64,000 nucleotides of DNA from Candidatus Magasanikiibacteriota bacterium (GCA_016193335.1 JACPSK010000001.1:343424-407423); one strand, 5' to 3'. Positions 20,150-30,526 are shown, counted from the first letter of the stretch. Notes: generated by a model from the sequence alone, not told the origin. Made by a program: numbers and translations.

Positions 20150-20791
20150 ATGAACCGCTTCGTCGTCTTCTTCGCGGCCTTGGCCGTTTGTCTCGCCGGC
20201 TGTGAAGCCGGCTCTCCGGCCGTTGTTGATCCCCGAGCCGGGGTCAAGACCGTGGGGGGTGAAGACCCCTCGTTTAACAACGGCTTTGAGGCCGCTCCCG
20301 CTCAGGCGTCTGAGACGCCGAGCACTTCGCCGGAGCCCGCCGAGGTTCCTCCTGAGATCGAGCCTGTGCTCGACAACGACCCCAACGATGACTGGGAGCT
20401 CTGCGTCAAGTACAAGGCCTTCGAGGGAAAGTGGTGGACTGTAGAGTTCGAGAATGGGTACGGATTCAAGTACCCGGCGAACAAGGGGTGGTTCGCGTGC
20501 ACCTGCACGCCTGTCCCCGAAAAAACGGCCTGCAACATCAGTTGCTTGGGCGAAGCACCTGCTGATGCCGGTTTGCCGGTGAAGTCCGGGGTCTTCCACA
20601 CGGAGACCTACGACCCGGTGTGGGGCACCACCACCGTTACCGACCAGTGGGAAGAGACCACCTTCGAGCCCTGCTCAAACAGGGTGGTCCCCGGACACCC
20701 GGACTACGAGGAAACCTGCGTAGTCCAAAGAGACTATCTGAATGGCAACTTGGACTCCGAGTGGTGGTGGTCTAGAGCCGCTGCTGACTGA
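20150..20791 (+). CDS. GC-rich Cys-containing secreted lipoprotein, cassette copy 2 (paralog of 19272-19844)
   Basis: Same SD context (gggaggagggcaacATG); lipobox LAGC; acidic PE-rich linker; Cys/Trp-rich C-terminal domain; about 62% GC. Confidence 0.6.
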   Translation: MNRFVVFFAALAVCLAGCEAGSPAVVDPRAGVKTVGGEDPSFNNGFEAAPAQASETPSTSPEPAEVPPEIEPVLDNDPNDDWELCVKYKAFEGKWWTVEFENGYGFKYPANKGWFACTCTPVPEKTACNISCLGEAPADAGLPVKSGVFHTETYDPVWGTTTVTDQWEETTFEPCSNRVVPGHPDYEETCVVQRDYLNGNLDSEWWWSRAAAD

Positions 20792-20793
20792 AC

Positions 20794-20804
20794 TACGCCT
20801 TGCC
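20794..20804. repeat. Right arm of the cassette-2 terminal inverted repeat
   Basis: ctacgccttgc is the reverse complement of 20017-20027. Confidence 0.7.
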
Positions 20805-20821
20805 CCTCACTTCACATAGTC

Positions 20822-20905
20822 AAAAATAAATACACCAAAGTGTATTTTTTTGTTTAAAAAAAATAAAATTACAAAACAAAAGACAAGCCCCAAACGCTTG
20901 TCTTT
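20822..20905. terminator. Bidirectional terminator region between the convergent cassette-2 gene and the giant gene
   Basis: Hairpins aaatacac-caaa-gtgtattttttt and aagacaagc-cccaaac-gcttgtcttttt with T-runs on both strands. Confidence 0.5.
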
Positions 20906-20929
20906 TTGGGATTGTCCCATCCCCAATTA

Positions 20930-23900
20930 TCACTTCTTATAAGGCACCACAATAATACTACCTTTATATTGGGTCCAAGCCTTATCATAATCTTCTTTGG
21001 TTTTTTCCAGTTTTTGCTTTTTCACATCAGACGGCTCAATAGCATCAAAGGCTTTGCCATTGCATTGATCATACAAAACACCATAGACCTTAGCGCCTGA
21101 AATAATTTGTCCATTATATTTTGTATAACACCCCATCTCCGAATTTGGCAGAACACCCCCCGGCATTACTTGGCAGGTGCCATTACACCAACCCCAATTG
21201 TCCAGGACCTGAACTTTGGGTTTGAATTTGCAGACGTATGGAGTGTCCGCGGCCGTATAACCCATGCTCTTGAGAGTAACTTGCTCGCCCTCGGTGAGAG
21301 AACCATAAGACACCACATAATCAAAACCATCTTTACCCGCGAGTGTAACATCAAGCTCAGAGCAACCATAGCCATGGACAAATTCAAAGTATCCTTCTTG
21401 GCAGGCCCTGGGCTGATTGCCAAACAAAGGAGATTTAAGCTCATAATTGACCAAATTGTCCGGGGTCTTAAAATCTATGTTCTTTCGTTCCTCGGGAGTG
21501 GCACACTGAAATTCATCTAATAACATGCAATCATTATCAGCAAGACAGGTAAGACCAGAAAAAATGTAGCCCCCTGTTGTTAATGGAGCTCCGAAACAGA
21601 GCCCTACGGTAGGATCAGAAGCGGCTTCAGCTTCGGCGCAAAAAGGTTTTCTATTTTTGTATCTGCCATACATGTGCTCGTTGAGTATACCCGTGGAATC
21701 GGACCAATCTATCATCACTCGTTTTATAGGCATGCGATTGTCATCGGCCCAGGCAAAAAATCTCAACTTTGCTTCAAGACTGGAAACGCCCACTACCGGC
21801 ATAGGATCATTGGTGCCTGGCACCAATTCTTCGAGTTTTCCGTCTCCGTCGTAATCTGAAACCACACCATTTTGCTCATTTACGGTAATGTTGTTTGCTC
21901 CGGCGGCCACGCAGTCCGGAGTCTTGATGTTACTCCCTTTAAAGAAACAACGGAATGGATTCAGGGAATACACTTTTGGCGCCAGGCCTGTTTTATCCAC
22001 GACATAACTGTAGTCAGGCCCCTCAAACATCGGGGATATTTCATGAAGAAGCCAAGAATCGCGAACTTTGTAAGTACGAGCGAAAAGTTGTCTTAATAAA
22101 TCCGTACCGGCAAGTGTATTTTCAGCAGGGGTAACTAATATCTTCTGGGTTGGATCCGAAGCCGCAAACATTTCATAAGAAGTGCCCTTAAAAGCTCCGC
22201 AACCTATGCCGCCGGGATAATTGGCTGTGCTTGGGGCTATCGTCCCAAATTCATATTCAGGTTTATTCTCTGACGCGGCAGTCCAATAAGGTTCCTTATA
22301 CACCGGAGATTTGCAAGCGTATGGAATGCCTGAGAATAAATCTATCCGATCAAAATTGTACACAGCAAACAAGTTGTCTACCTGCTCGTCCGGCAATTTG
22401 AATTGATTTTCATCCACATAAGTAGAACCATAGGGCCTCACAAAACTGTCTAGCGTGATATTACCAAAAAACTTGGAAATAAAGGCATTAATATCTTTGA
22501 ATATGGGGCCCAGATAATAACCCGCGCCCTGCCAGACCCTGTTTGTCCATGCCTTGCTGGTGGATTCGGAAGGATCTTGCTCGGCGATTCCGGAGTCGTA
22601 GACCTGTTGGAATTCAGTACAGCGAGGATAGTACTCCACTGAGGCGGCGAGCAGTTGGTCTCCTCCCTGCAACAATCTCCAATATTTGATGAATTCTTTA
22701 CTTTTATAATATCTGAAGTCGGTTTGGATAACGCTGTTTGGATTTTGGAATTCTAATTTCAAATTTTGGTCCACATCGTATTTATTGTATACGTTTCCTT
22801 CCAAAGTAAAACGAACATAAAACAACATATACGCTGGCACATCATCGTGGATAGGAACAAAGTCATTCTGTTTGTATCCTTTGCCATTGGCGATAAAACC
22901 TTTGACCCACTCAATGAAGGTTTTAGTATTTTGAACATCACCATTCTTACCCTCCAAATCTTCCAAAGGAATAAACAAACCATACAGATTGCCGCCATCA
23001 GGCATTTTACTTTTGAATCCAAATTGGAATTCCTGGCCCCATCTGGAATCAAGTACTTTCTTTGTATAACGTATAACGCCATTCGGCCCCTCAAATTCAA
23101 GGGCACTCCCTCTGTTCAAAGCATCAAAATCAAGCTCCGCTCTATCTGTTATGTACAGTCTTCTGTCATCTGGTACATAGTCATTTCCTCCACCTACAGA
23201 ATTTGCCCAAATCCTAAACGCGTGAACCACCAAAGGCCCAAAACGAATCTTTCGTATCATGTCTTCCCTCGGAAGAAGTTCATTCATCTCTATGACAGAT
23301 GTTTCACCCAAATCAACAAGCTTTTCATAACCAAGTGTAGGCTTCCAATTCGGCAGACCTACGCTCCCTGCATCATTCCACGCATTATTTATGTAGGTCT
23401 CATATACTGAAGGCTCATTGTGGTATGTTATCCACTCTTTCGGGTTATTCACAAACCACACATGTGAATTTGGTTCTCTAAAAGAAAACCAATTATGGCT
23501 GGACATGTAGGTATAGAGATACTTTTGGTATTCTGCGGCAGACGTTACTGCGCCAAAATTACCTTGCTGAGACGCGGCGGGAAAATGATGGAGCCAAGAC
23601 AGATTCGGCGTTACCGAAAATACAGACGGCACGTCGGGGTCATCATTGCTATTTGGCTCAAAAGAATAACCCCAAGAACGATACTTTTCGTATTCGCTTG
23701 ATTGGTTATTGCCCGGCAAAGCTATAAACAAATCCTTTTTATACTGTCCCAAACCATGAGCGTCTGAATCTGTGCAATATACTTGTCCGCCGATAATAGT
23801 CTTGTCGTTGTTGCTCTTGGACACCGCGTCAACCAGCGGATAGTAACCGGCTAGCGGATCATTATTGTATAGATCCACTTGAGTGGCAGACACATCCACC

Positions 23901-26900
23901 GGCAACCAAGTAAGACAGGCGAATTCGCCTTTTGTTTTGTCTATGGGCCTGCTTAGATCTCGCTCCAAACAAAAACCATATAAACCGGTATGTGTTTCAA
24001 TATTCTCCACGCGCGCGCAAGATCCTCCTGAAACCAGATTCTCATCAACATCATAGGTATTGCAATCTTTCTCCACGGCGCAGGGTTTCTTTTCTTTGTC
24101 TCCTCCAACGCAGATCCCTTGGATATAGCTGTCTTTGCTGCTCGGCCAAAAATCAGGGATAGGCAAACCGTTGTATTCTGTTTTTTTGTAAGAGCAAGAA
24201 CAATCTCCATCCTGGCAAATATTGGCTCCTTCGAATCCAGCCCTTTTCGTCGTAAATTCTTTTCTTGTCTGGCCTTCTACGCTAAACTCTTCCACCTGTG
24301 TGGCGATACTGAACGAATAGGGGCTGTTTTGTTCCGGAGGAGCTTTGCAAGAACCGCCGGTAAGATATCTAGTGATCAAACTTGTGCCGCCATTCGCCTC
24401 CACTGCGTTCAGATCCAAATCAGCGGGCCAAGCACCCTCAACCGGGAAAATGCAGGTGTTATTGTAACAACGCCCGCCTTTAGTGCTCCCAAAACCGCAG
24501 CTGTCCCAATCTTCTTTGCCCGAAAGAGGGCCGCAACCAAGAGCGGGATCAATGTTATCGGTGATCAAGGAAGGCAATTCGTAGACAAGGTAGCTCACCG
24601 GTTCATCTTCTACCACCAACTGTTTGAGATCGTATATTTGGTGCTTGTTAAACAGGGAATAACCTGAATAGTCTTCACCAAACCAAGATGTGTCGCGCTT
24701 TACGTACACGCTTTCGCCGAGAGGCGTAAGATCAAAATCTCCGGTTCCTACCCAATCTACGCATTCCACGCCTTTTACCGTACTCCTGCAAGCGTCAAAA
24801 TTATAACAAACGGATTTTTGGGTCCCATCAGAATTGGAAATGACAGATTTATTCTTGCAAGCCAGCCATTCACTACAGATTCTGTCCCTATCCACTTTTA
24901 AGATCAGATTTGCGTCTTTATCCTGGCCTTCAGATACCGGAGCCACGAGCGCGTATTGCGGTTTTGCTTTTTCACTGAGTTCATAGGTCTTCGCGCTGTC
25001 ATAGAGTTTGTTGGGCTGGTCGGTTCTGTTGAACAAAACGCAACCTTCTTTGAGACTCACTTTTCCTTCGCAATCACCGGCTTTGGAAAGCAGCTGCTGG
25101 TCTACAATAACATAATAAGAAGACCCTTCGGGCTTAAGCTCAGAAGAATCTGCCGGATCAATAAGTTCGGTACACAGATGATGATTCTCCGAGCAAAGGC
25201 CGACAAATCCGTCATACTTTTCCGAATCATTGGACCAAATGCCATATTCCCCTCCGGCTTTCACAAAATTGCCATAACATTCGATTTTCCCTTTATCCAC
25301 GCATTCAGCATTCTCTTCTTCGCCGCATTGAACATTTTCAGAGCAGAGCTGTTCGAGATTATTGGAGCAACGTCCTACTCCATCTTTGAACCAACCAAAT
25401 TTAACTTGGCCGTTTATATCTTGTTGCTCTTTGTATGAACATATTTTGTGCGCGGTCAAAGCGGGATCTTTGAAATACAGCAAATCATTGCCGGACTTGT
25501 ATTCTGAACAACCGAGAAGATCGGATCTACAGAGAGTTTGTTCATAGTGAGCCGGATCGTTTTTTACCAAAGTGGCATTGAAGGCGTAAGAACCGCTCTT
25601 TTCATCGGGCACCAAATGGTCTTCGAGACCGGTGGCCTGACAGCCTCTAAACTGAGACTGACAGACAAATTCATTACGATACGTCAAAAATATCGGACTT
25701 TCTTCGGGCGTGTCTTGAGGCACTACCACGCTTGATTCTTTTATCCAGGAACTTTCCAAATCCGCAAGCGTCGGCACGATAACCGGAGAACTTATATAAC
25801 AGCCTTTTTGTCCTTTTAAGATTTCACAGGAGCCCAAGTCTTGTCCGTTCTTTGATAGCGTACAAGTTCCTTCCGCGTCCGAAGCGCACCATGCATTGTG
25901 CACGCGAGCTTGCTCTTCGTCTTCCATATCCACGGTATTGTAAGTATCGTACAAAGCCATGCAACCGGCGGCCTGGGGTCTGCAGAGTTTGTCGAAACCG
26001 GTGGCGTACACAGGCTCGCTGAATTCCACATCCGTATATTCTCTGCAACCAAGGGCGGAGCCGGGTAATCCATCATCCGGTTTGTCATCGCAACTTAAAG
26101 GCACGTCTGCTGTAACAGTCTCGCCGTTGAGATCAATCCGTTGTTTCCAGGAATTTTTGACATAATGATCTTGACTTTCCACTTCTATAATACGCAGCGA
26201 ATCTATAAAATACGGGCCCGAAGCGCCCACGAACGAGCGTTCGAAAATAAGATGGCTTTTTTTGGATCCATCGCCAGAAAAACGCACCGGCCCAAGCCTA
26301 TAACTCTGCCAGGCCTCGCCAACAGGAACTTTAATTTGTTTGCCCGGCACACTCGGATCTGCGGTGAAATCGGCTTTTATAATATCTCCTGCCTCTGTGT
26401 CTCCTCCGAGAAGTTGCGTTATCTGTATGGAAAGATTTTGCGGCGTGCCATGAGCCCAAAATTCAAGCTCATACCACTTTTCGCTTTGTATCACGTCAGG
26501 CTCAAAGGCATAAGCAAGCATGCTGTCATTAACTTGCAAAGAATACAATCCCACTTGCGTGGCATCCGGCTTTACGGCGATGGGTCCGTCTTCTTGAGCG
26601 CCGAACCAGCCAGCGGCCGCTTGATTCAAAGCATCTTCAGAATCAGCCTCCGGCTCAAAGCTGAAATATTCGACTGTCCTTATGTTGTTGCCGAAATTGC
26701 CATTAAAAGCGCGACAGCCGTTAAACTCGGCAGGACAAGATTCCGCTTCACTGGTTATACTCCAATATACGCAAGAGCCATCTTTGTACTCTCCGCCATT
26801 GAAACATCTCTTGCAGATTCCGGTGGCTCCGCTTCCGGTCCACATTCCCTTTTTGTCCAAGCACAGAGCTTCATTCCCTTTCAAATTATCATCTTCTTCA

Positions 26901-29809
26901 AGAGAAGCTTCAGTAATGCGCAAAGGATGACAATCTTCTGACACGCTCACCGTATCATTAAGCATACGGTAATAAATATGACCTTCTTCATCATACAAGG
27001 CTCTGCAATTCGAATTGGCCGCTTCTAAATCATAAGGATTATTTATCAAAACCGTATAATTTATCTCATTACAAAAATCATAAGCATTTTGCAGTGAAGC
27101 TTCACTATCATTCGCGAAAGCCGGAGCACCCGGGCCAAACACTGAAGCCGAACTGTCGCCCACATTAAGGGCAAGATTCAAAGCAGAGATATATTGAGAT
27201 TCTTTTTGATCAATCTGGAGCATCCGATGGACACGAAGCACAAAACCTTCGCTGGCCGAACCTTCCCATGAGTAATAGGTGCGTTCATTGGCTCCACTCG
27301 GTTTCTGACAATACTTGATGTCTTTGTAATACTCCAAACCTTCTCCCCCGGACAGGGCGGTGTCTATATTGGTAAATTCACTGCAGCCGTTGTAAGTGGC
27401 AGAGCAAGCGGTGGCCTGAGAAGGAATAAAATACAAGGGGAACACAGAAGCCTCAAAAGGAGCTTCTTCTTGTCTAAAGGTGTCATACCCCAGACATTCT
27501 TCTTTGCAACTGTTGCCACCCACCACCGCCACAAAATTCGAGCCTTCGGTTTTTGGCTGATATTCAATACAGCCTTCTTCTTCGGGCAGACATACTTGGG
27601 CGTATTGATTGCAGGCCTCGGGACGCTCGCTTAGTTTTTCCAAGTCCAATTCGTTGACCGGCCAATTTACCACGCCTTTGCTCAGAAGATTGATATCATA
27701 ACAACCCAGATACTCAGGAGCCTTTTTGAGATGAACCTGGTCTGTGGTCTTTTTGTAGCTGTCTGTGTTCAAGTCAAATCCGGCGATATAAAAAGTACTG
27801 CAACCAATGGAATCCGGCGGACAATTATTAAACTGCTCAACGGCACGGTTGAAGAAAATAGTCTGGTTAATCCCCTGTTTTTTGAGAGCAAGATCTATGG
27901 CGCCGCTATTCGTCCATGCGTCCCCTTCCTGATACATACTGTATGCTCTGCACCCCACGGCTTCTTGGCTACATTCACCGGCGTCAAGAGTTCTCGTTAA
28001 ATAAGATGAAACCGTGTTTGATTTGGTATTTATAAAGGTACGACAGGTGCTAAACTGCGCAGGACAGCTATTCCCGCCCACGCGCCACACATTTTGCTCA
28101 CGCAAGCAATATCCATAATTACTGAGACAAGCTCCATTTTCGTCCTGCTGCAAGCAAGTGGAAATGTCCACGCATTCCTGCTGTCTTTGTGGAGCTTCAG
28201 GGGTGACCAAATTGGGCCCAAAAACCTTTGCCTCGCAACGAGGTTCAGGTAAACGGATAATCCATTTGGGATCAATAAGATGACAAAACGGAAATTCGGA
28301 ATTTGGAGCGCCATTCGGCGCACAATCGTAAAACCCCTTTACCACCGCGCCCAAAGTCCATTTTTGTGGCGCATCCGGATCGGCCTTCAAAGCCGCGATC
28401 TCAAATCCAAGAGGTACGATGCGAGCTTTGCGGAGTTTTTGTATATTCGCATAACAATATTTTCCGGAAGAACAAGCGCGCACCGCGTTTATGCCCTCGT
28501 GGTCTATGGTGCGACGAGGCGAGATAAGAGGCCAATCTTCGTGGAGAAGCCCCTGGGCCAAAGCCTGCTCTATAGTGAGGGGAATTCCAACATTTGCCCG
28601 CTCCACAGCCTGCCTCAACCCCGCGTCTATTACACAATTATTTAAGCCCGGATTCTCCGGACAACTGGAATATTGGTCAAGCAAAGGATAGATATTGATT
28701 TCTTTGATTGGCACTGAAGTAAACAAAAAGTTAAAGCTGTTTTCAGCGGCCTTCCTATTCACATTAAGTACAGACGCGAATTCACTAACGACCGAATCCG
28801 CTATAGAAGTATCTGTACCCTTGTCTCCCACGTCAGTAGCATCCGGAAAAAGTCCTTCTGTCAGAAGCTGGTCGAGCAAACTGGAAACAAGGGTATTTAA
28901 AAATACCGAGAGCGCGGATGGAATAACCTGGAGCATCCCAGAACCGTAAATTCCCGCCACTTGGCCGGCGCTCAACTGACCCTGATGTTTGGCTGTCACG
29001 GCTTTGGTTTCTTCTTGAATTATCTGAGCCGGTGTTTTTACTTTTCCTTGAATCAAGTTGCTAAGAGGCTTAAAACCCTGCCCTTCAAGACGATCGGTAT
29101 CTGCGCCCTTTTTGGCATCCACGGCTACTCTGCCCACCTGAGCGCTGAGGCCGAGAGCTATGCCAAAATCAGACTGGTCGACTTTTACCGCGTTCGCGAA
29201 GGCTCCTGAAATCGTGTCATATGGAGTATCACCCAATTGATTGCCAAATTCTTTCCAGCTTTCGCTAAATTCATTCCACTGACAACGAGGTCTCGGTCCG
29301 CCTTTGCCATCTATGTCGTCGTATAATGAGCGGAGACCAACCTGTATAAAGACTTGAGCTTCTAAATTGGGAGGGCGGCACAAGCTAACGCCAAAAAGAC
29401 CTTCTCCAAACTGATCTATGGCTCCGGCCGCTGTGTCCAAAGCAACACTTTTGAAATATTCTCCAGCGCCTTGTTCAAAAGCGAGAGCTCCCTGGCCTTT
29501 GCCTCCGGAAGCCACCCACTTGGCGCTATCGTACGCGAGTTTGCGTGTAAAATATGAGGTGGCATTCACCAAAGTACCCAAAGCGACAGCCAACAAAGCA
29601 TCGCCTATGGTATCCATGATATTGGTTGTCTTTTCCGGGATGCTTTCAATAACGCTTACCGGCAGACCGGCATAGGCAGGCCGCGCGAAGGTGCCGAGCC
29701 CTATCACCTGCACAGACAAAAACAAAACTATGAGGCCGATTAACGCGAATCTGGTTCTTCTTTTTGTGGTGCCATGCATACTCATAGCTACTGTCTTCTT
29801 AAGCTTCAT
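20930..29809 (-). CDS. Giant (2,959 aa) Cys-rich secreted/surface protein with an N-terminal signal-anchor
   Basis: Single uninterrupted 8.9 kb ORF. N-terminal TM/signal (FALIGLIVLFLSVQVIGLG), then a very large extracytoplasmic region with many closely spaced Cys (e.g. CVDISTCLQQDENGACLSNYGYCLREQ...SCPAQFSTC). No enzymatic motif recognised. Confidence 0.8.
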   Translation of the reverse strand: MKLKKTVAMSMHGTTKRRTRFALIGLIVLFLSVQVIGLGTFARPAYAGLPVSVIESIPEKTTNIMDTIGDALLAVALGTLVNATSYFTRKLAYDSAKWVASGGKGQGALAFEQGAGEYFKSVALDTAAGAIDQFGEGLFGVSLCRPPNLEAQVFIQVGLRSLYDDIDGKGGPRPRCQWNEFSESWKEFGNQLGDTPYDTISGAFANAVKVDQSDFGIALGLSAQVGRVAVDAKKGADTDRLEGQGFKPLSNLIQGKVKTPAQIIQEETKAVTAKHQGQLSAGQVAGIYGSGMLQVIPSALSVFLNTLVSSLLDQLLTEGLFPDATDVGDKGTDTSIADSVVSEFASVLNVNRKAAENSFNFLFTSVPIKEINIYPLLDQYSSCPENPGLNNCVIDAGLRQAVERANVGIPLTIEQALAQGLLHEDWPLISPRRTIDHEGINAVRACSSGKYCYANIQKLRKARIVPLGFEIAALKADPDAPQKWTLGAVVKGFYDCAPNGAPNSEFPFCHLIDPKWIIRLPEPRCEAKVFGPNLVTPEAPQRQQECVDISTCLQQDENGACLSNYGYCLREQNVWRVGGNSCPAQFSTCRTFINTKSNTVSSYLTRTLDAGECSQEAVGCRAYSMYQEGDAWTNSGAIDLALKKQGINQTIFFNRAVEQFNNCPPDSIGCSTFYIAGFDLNTDSYKKTTDQVHLKKAPEYLGCYDINLLSKGVVNWPVNELDLEKLSERPEACNQYAQVCLPEEEGCIEYQPKTEGSNFVAVVGGNSCKEECLGYDTFRQEEAPFEASVFPLYFIPSQATACSATYNGCSEFTNIDTALSGGEGLEYYKDIKYCQKPSGANERTYYSWEGSASEGFVLRVHRMLQIDQKESQYISALNLALNVGDSSASVFGPGAPAFANDSEASLQNAYDFCNEINYTVLINNPYDLEAANSNCRALYDEEGHIYYRMLNDTVSVSEDCHPLRITEASLEEDDNLKGNEALCLDKKGMWTGSGATGICKRCFNGGEYKDGSCVYWSITSEAESCPAEFNGCRAFNGNFGNNIRTVEYFSFEPEADSEDALNQAAAGWFGAQEDGPIAVKPDATQVGLYSLQVNDSMLAYAFEPDVIQSEKWYELEFWAHGTPQNLSIQITQLLGGDTEAGDIIKADFTADPSVPGKQIKVPVGEAWQSYRLGPVRFSGDGSKKSHLIFERSFVGASGPYFIDSLRIIEVESQDHYVKNSWKQRIDLNGETVTADVPLSCDDKPDDGLPGSALGCREYTDVEFSEPVYATGFDKLCRPQAAGCMALYDTYNTVDMEDEEQARVHNAWCASDAEGTCTLSKNGQDLGSCEILKGQKGCYISSPVIVPTLADLESSWIKESSVVVPQDTPEESPIFLTYRNEFVCQSQFRGCQATGLEDHLVPDEKSGSYAFNATLVKNDPAHYEQTLCRSDLLGCSEYKSGNDLLYFKDPALTAHKICSYKEQQDINGQVKFGWFKDGVGRCSNNLEQLCSENVQCGEEENAECVDKGKIECYGNFVKAGGEYGIWSNDSEKYDGFVGLCSENHHLCTELIDPADSSELKPEGSSYYVIVDQQLLSKAGDCEGKVSLKEGCVLFNRTDQPNKLYDSAKTYELSEKAKPQYALVAPVSEGQDKDANLILKVDRDRICSEWLACKNKSVISNSDGTQKSVCYNFDACRSTVKGVECVDWVGTGDFDLTPLGESVYVKRDTSWFGEDYSGYSLFNKHQIYDLKQLVVEDEPVSYLVYELPSLITDNIDPALGCGPLSGKEDWDSCGFGSTKGGRCYNNTCIFPVEGAWPADLDLNAVEANGGTSLITRYLTGGSCKAPPEQNSPYSFSIATQVEEFSVEGQTRKEFTTKRAGFEGANICQDGDCSCSYKKTEYNGLPIPDFWPSSKDSYIQGICVGGDKEKKPCAVEKDCNTYDVDENLVSGGSCARVENIETHTGLYGFCLERDLSRPIDKTKGEFACLTWLPVDVSATQVDLYNNDPLAGYYPLVDAVSKSNNDKTIIGGQVYCTDSDAHGLGQYKKDLFIALPGNNQSSEYEKYRSWGYSFEPNSNDDPDVPSVFSVTPNLSWLHHFPAASQQGNFGAVTSAAEYQKYLYTYMSSHNWFSFREPNSHVWFVNNPKEWITYHNEPSVYETYINNAWNDAGSVGLPNWKPTLGYEKLVDLGETSVIEMNELLPREDMIRKIRFGPLVVHAFRIWANSVGGGNDYVPDDRRLYITDRAELDFDALNRGSALEFEGPNGVIRYTKKVLDSRWGQEFQFGFKSKMPDGGNLYGLFIPLEDLEGKNGDVQNTKTFIEWVKGFIANGKGYKQNDFVPIHDDVPAYMLFYVRFTLEGNVYNKYDVDQNLKLEFQNPNSVIQTDFRYYKSKEFIKYWRLLQGGDQLLAASVEYYPRCTEFQQVYDSGIAEQDPSESTSKAWTNRVWQGAGYYLGPIFKDINAFISKFFGNITLDSFVRPYGSTYVDENQFKLPDEQVDNLFAVYNFDRIDLFSGIPYACKSPVYKEPYWTAASENKPEYEFGTIAPSTANYPGGIGCGAFKGTSYEMFAASDPTQKILVTPAENTLAGTDLLRQLFARTYKVRDSWLLHEISPMFEGPDYSYVVDKTGLAPKVYSLNPFRCFFKGSNIKTPDCVAAGANNITVNEQNGVVSDYDGDGKLEELVPGTNDPMPVVGVSSLEAKLRFFAWADDNRMPIKRVMIDWSDSTGILNEHMYGRYKNRKPFCAEAEAASDPTVGLCFGAPLTTGGYIFSGLTCLADNDCMLLDEFQCATPEERKNIDFKTPDNLVNYELKSPLFGNQPRACQEGYFEFVHGYGCSELDVTLAGKDGFDYVVSYGSLTEGEQVTLKSMGYTAADTPYVCKFKPKVQVLDNWGWCNGTCQVMPGGVLPNSEMGCYTKYNGQIISGAKVYGVLYDQCNGKAFDAIEPSDVKKQKLEKTKEDYDKAWTQYKGSIIVVPYKK

Positions 29810-29821
29810 GAAACTAAAAAC

Positions 29822-30526
29822 CTATTGCCCCTCAGCCTCTGATCCGAAAAATAAGGATTCCACCTTTTGATCCTTTATCAAAGATTGAACCATGCCGAGC
29901 AATTCTTGATCAGAAAATTTTTCCAATTCTTCTTTTTTGATTTTGCCGGTGCTCATGAGAATACTTCTAAGTTGCGCCGGATCTTTGAGCAGGGTATCAA
30001 TTTGAGAAACAGAACTCCCCGCGTCTGGAGCTTCTTTGCCGAACAAAACTTCGCCAACGCTCGGAGTGCTTTCCAAAAGAGGAGAACCTATGGAAGCTTT
30101 GGGAGAGGCTCCGCTCGCGGTCTCAGTGAGAGCGCATACAGACCCCTCCGGACACAGAGGATCTGTTCCGCTATCAATTTCCTTTTTGTCTTCCACGCCA
30201 TCAGAATCCGTATCCGGCAAGTAGGGACTTGTTTCATAAAAATTTAATTCCTCATAATCATTGATGCCGTCTTGGTCTGTGTCAATTCTCTGAAGACGGA
30301 GCGTTTCATCCAGAAAGAGTTCATTCTTGTTCAGATCATCTTTGGAAGACATTTTCGCGAAAGGGCCATAAATGGTATTTCGAAGCTGAAGAGCTCCAAG
30401 ACTTACCGTGAGAATAGCAAAAAGAAGTAGGAAGACAAAACCTACCTTGCGTTCACGCGTAAGCGGATGAGGATCATTTTGATTTTGAACCATATCCGTG
30501 TAAGAGACTATGAGACAGTATAACAA
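29822..30526 (-). CDS. Membrane-anchored protein with thrombospondin-type-3-like Ca-binding repeats
   Basis: TM anchor (VGFVFLLLFAILTVSLGAL), then two DxDxDGxxDxxE motifs (DTDQDGINDYEE, DTDSDGVEDKKE). Stop lies 12 bp upstream of the giant gene start, so it is in the same operon. Confidence 0.6.
   Translation of the reverse strand: MLYCLIVSYTDMVQNQNDPHPLTRERKVGFVFLLLFAILTVSLGALQLRNTIYGPFAKMSSKDDLNKNELFLDETLRLQRIDTDQDGINDYEELNFYETSPYLPDTDSDGVEDKKEIDSGTDPLCPEGSVCALTETASGASPKASIGSPLLESTPSVGEVLFGKEAPDAGSSVSQIDTLLKDPAQLRSILMSTGKIKKEELEKFSDQELLGMVQSLIKDQKVESLFFGSEAEGQ

Noticed and set aside
19149-20804. Interpretation of the cassette-flanking inverted repeats as integron attC sites or IS/MITE terminal repeats
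   Set aside because: There is no GTTRRRY / RYYYAAC core pair, no integrase or transposase nearby, and no target-site duplication. The covarying 3-nt tails fit a selected pairing better than a transposase recognition end.
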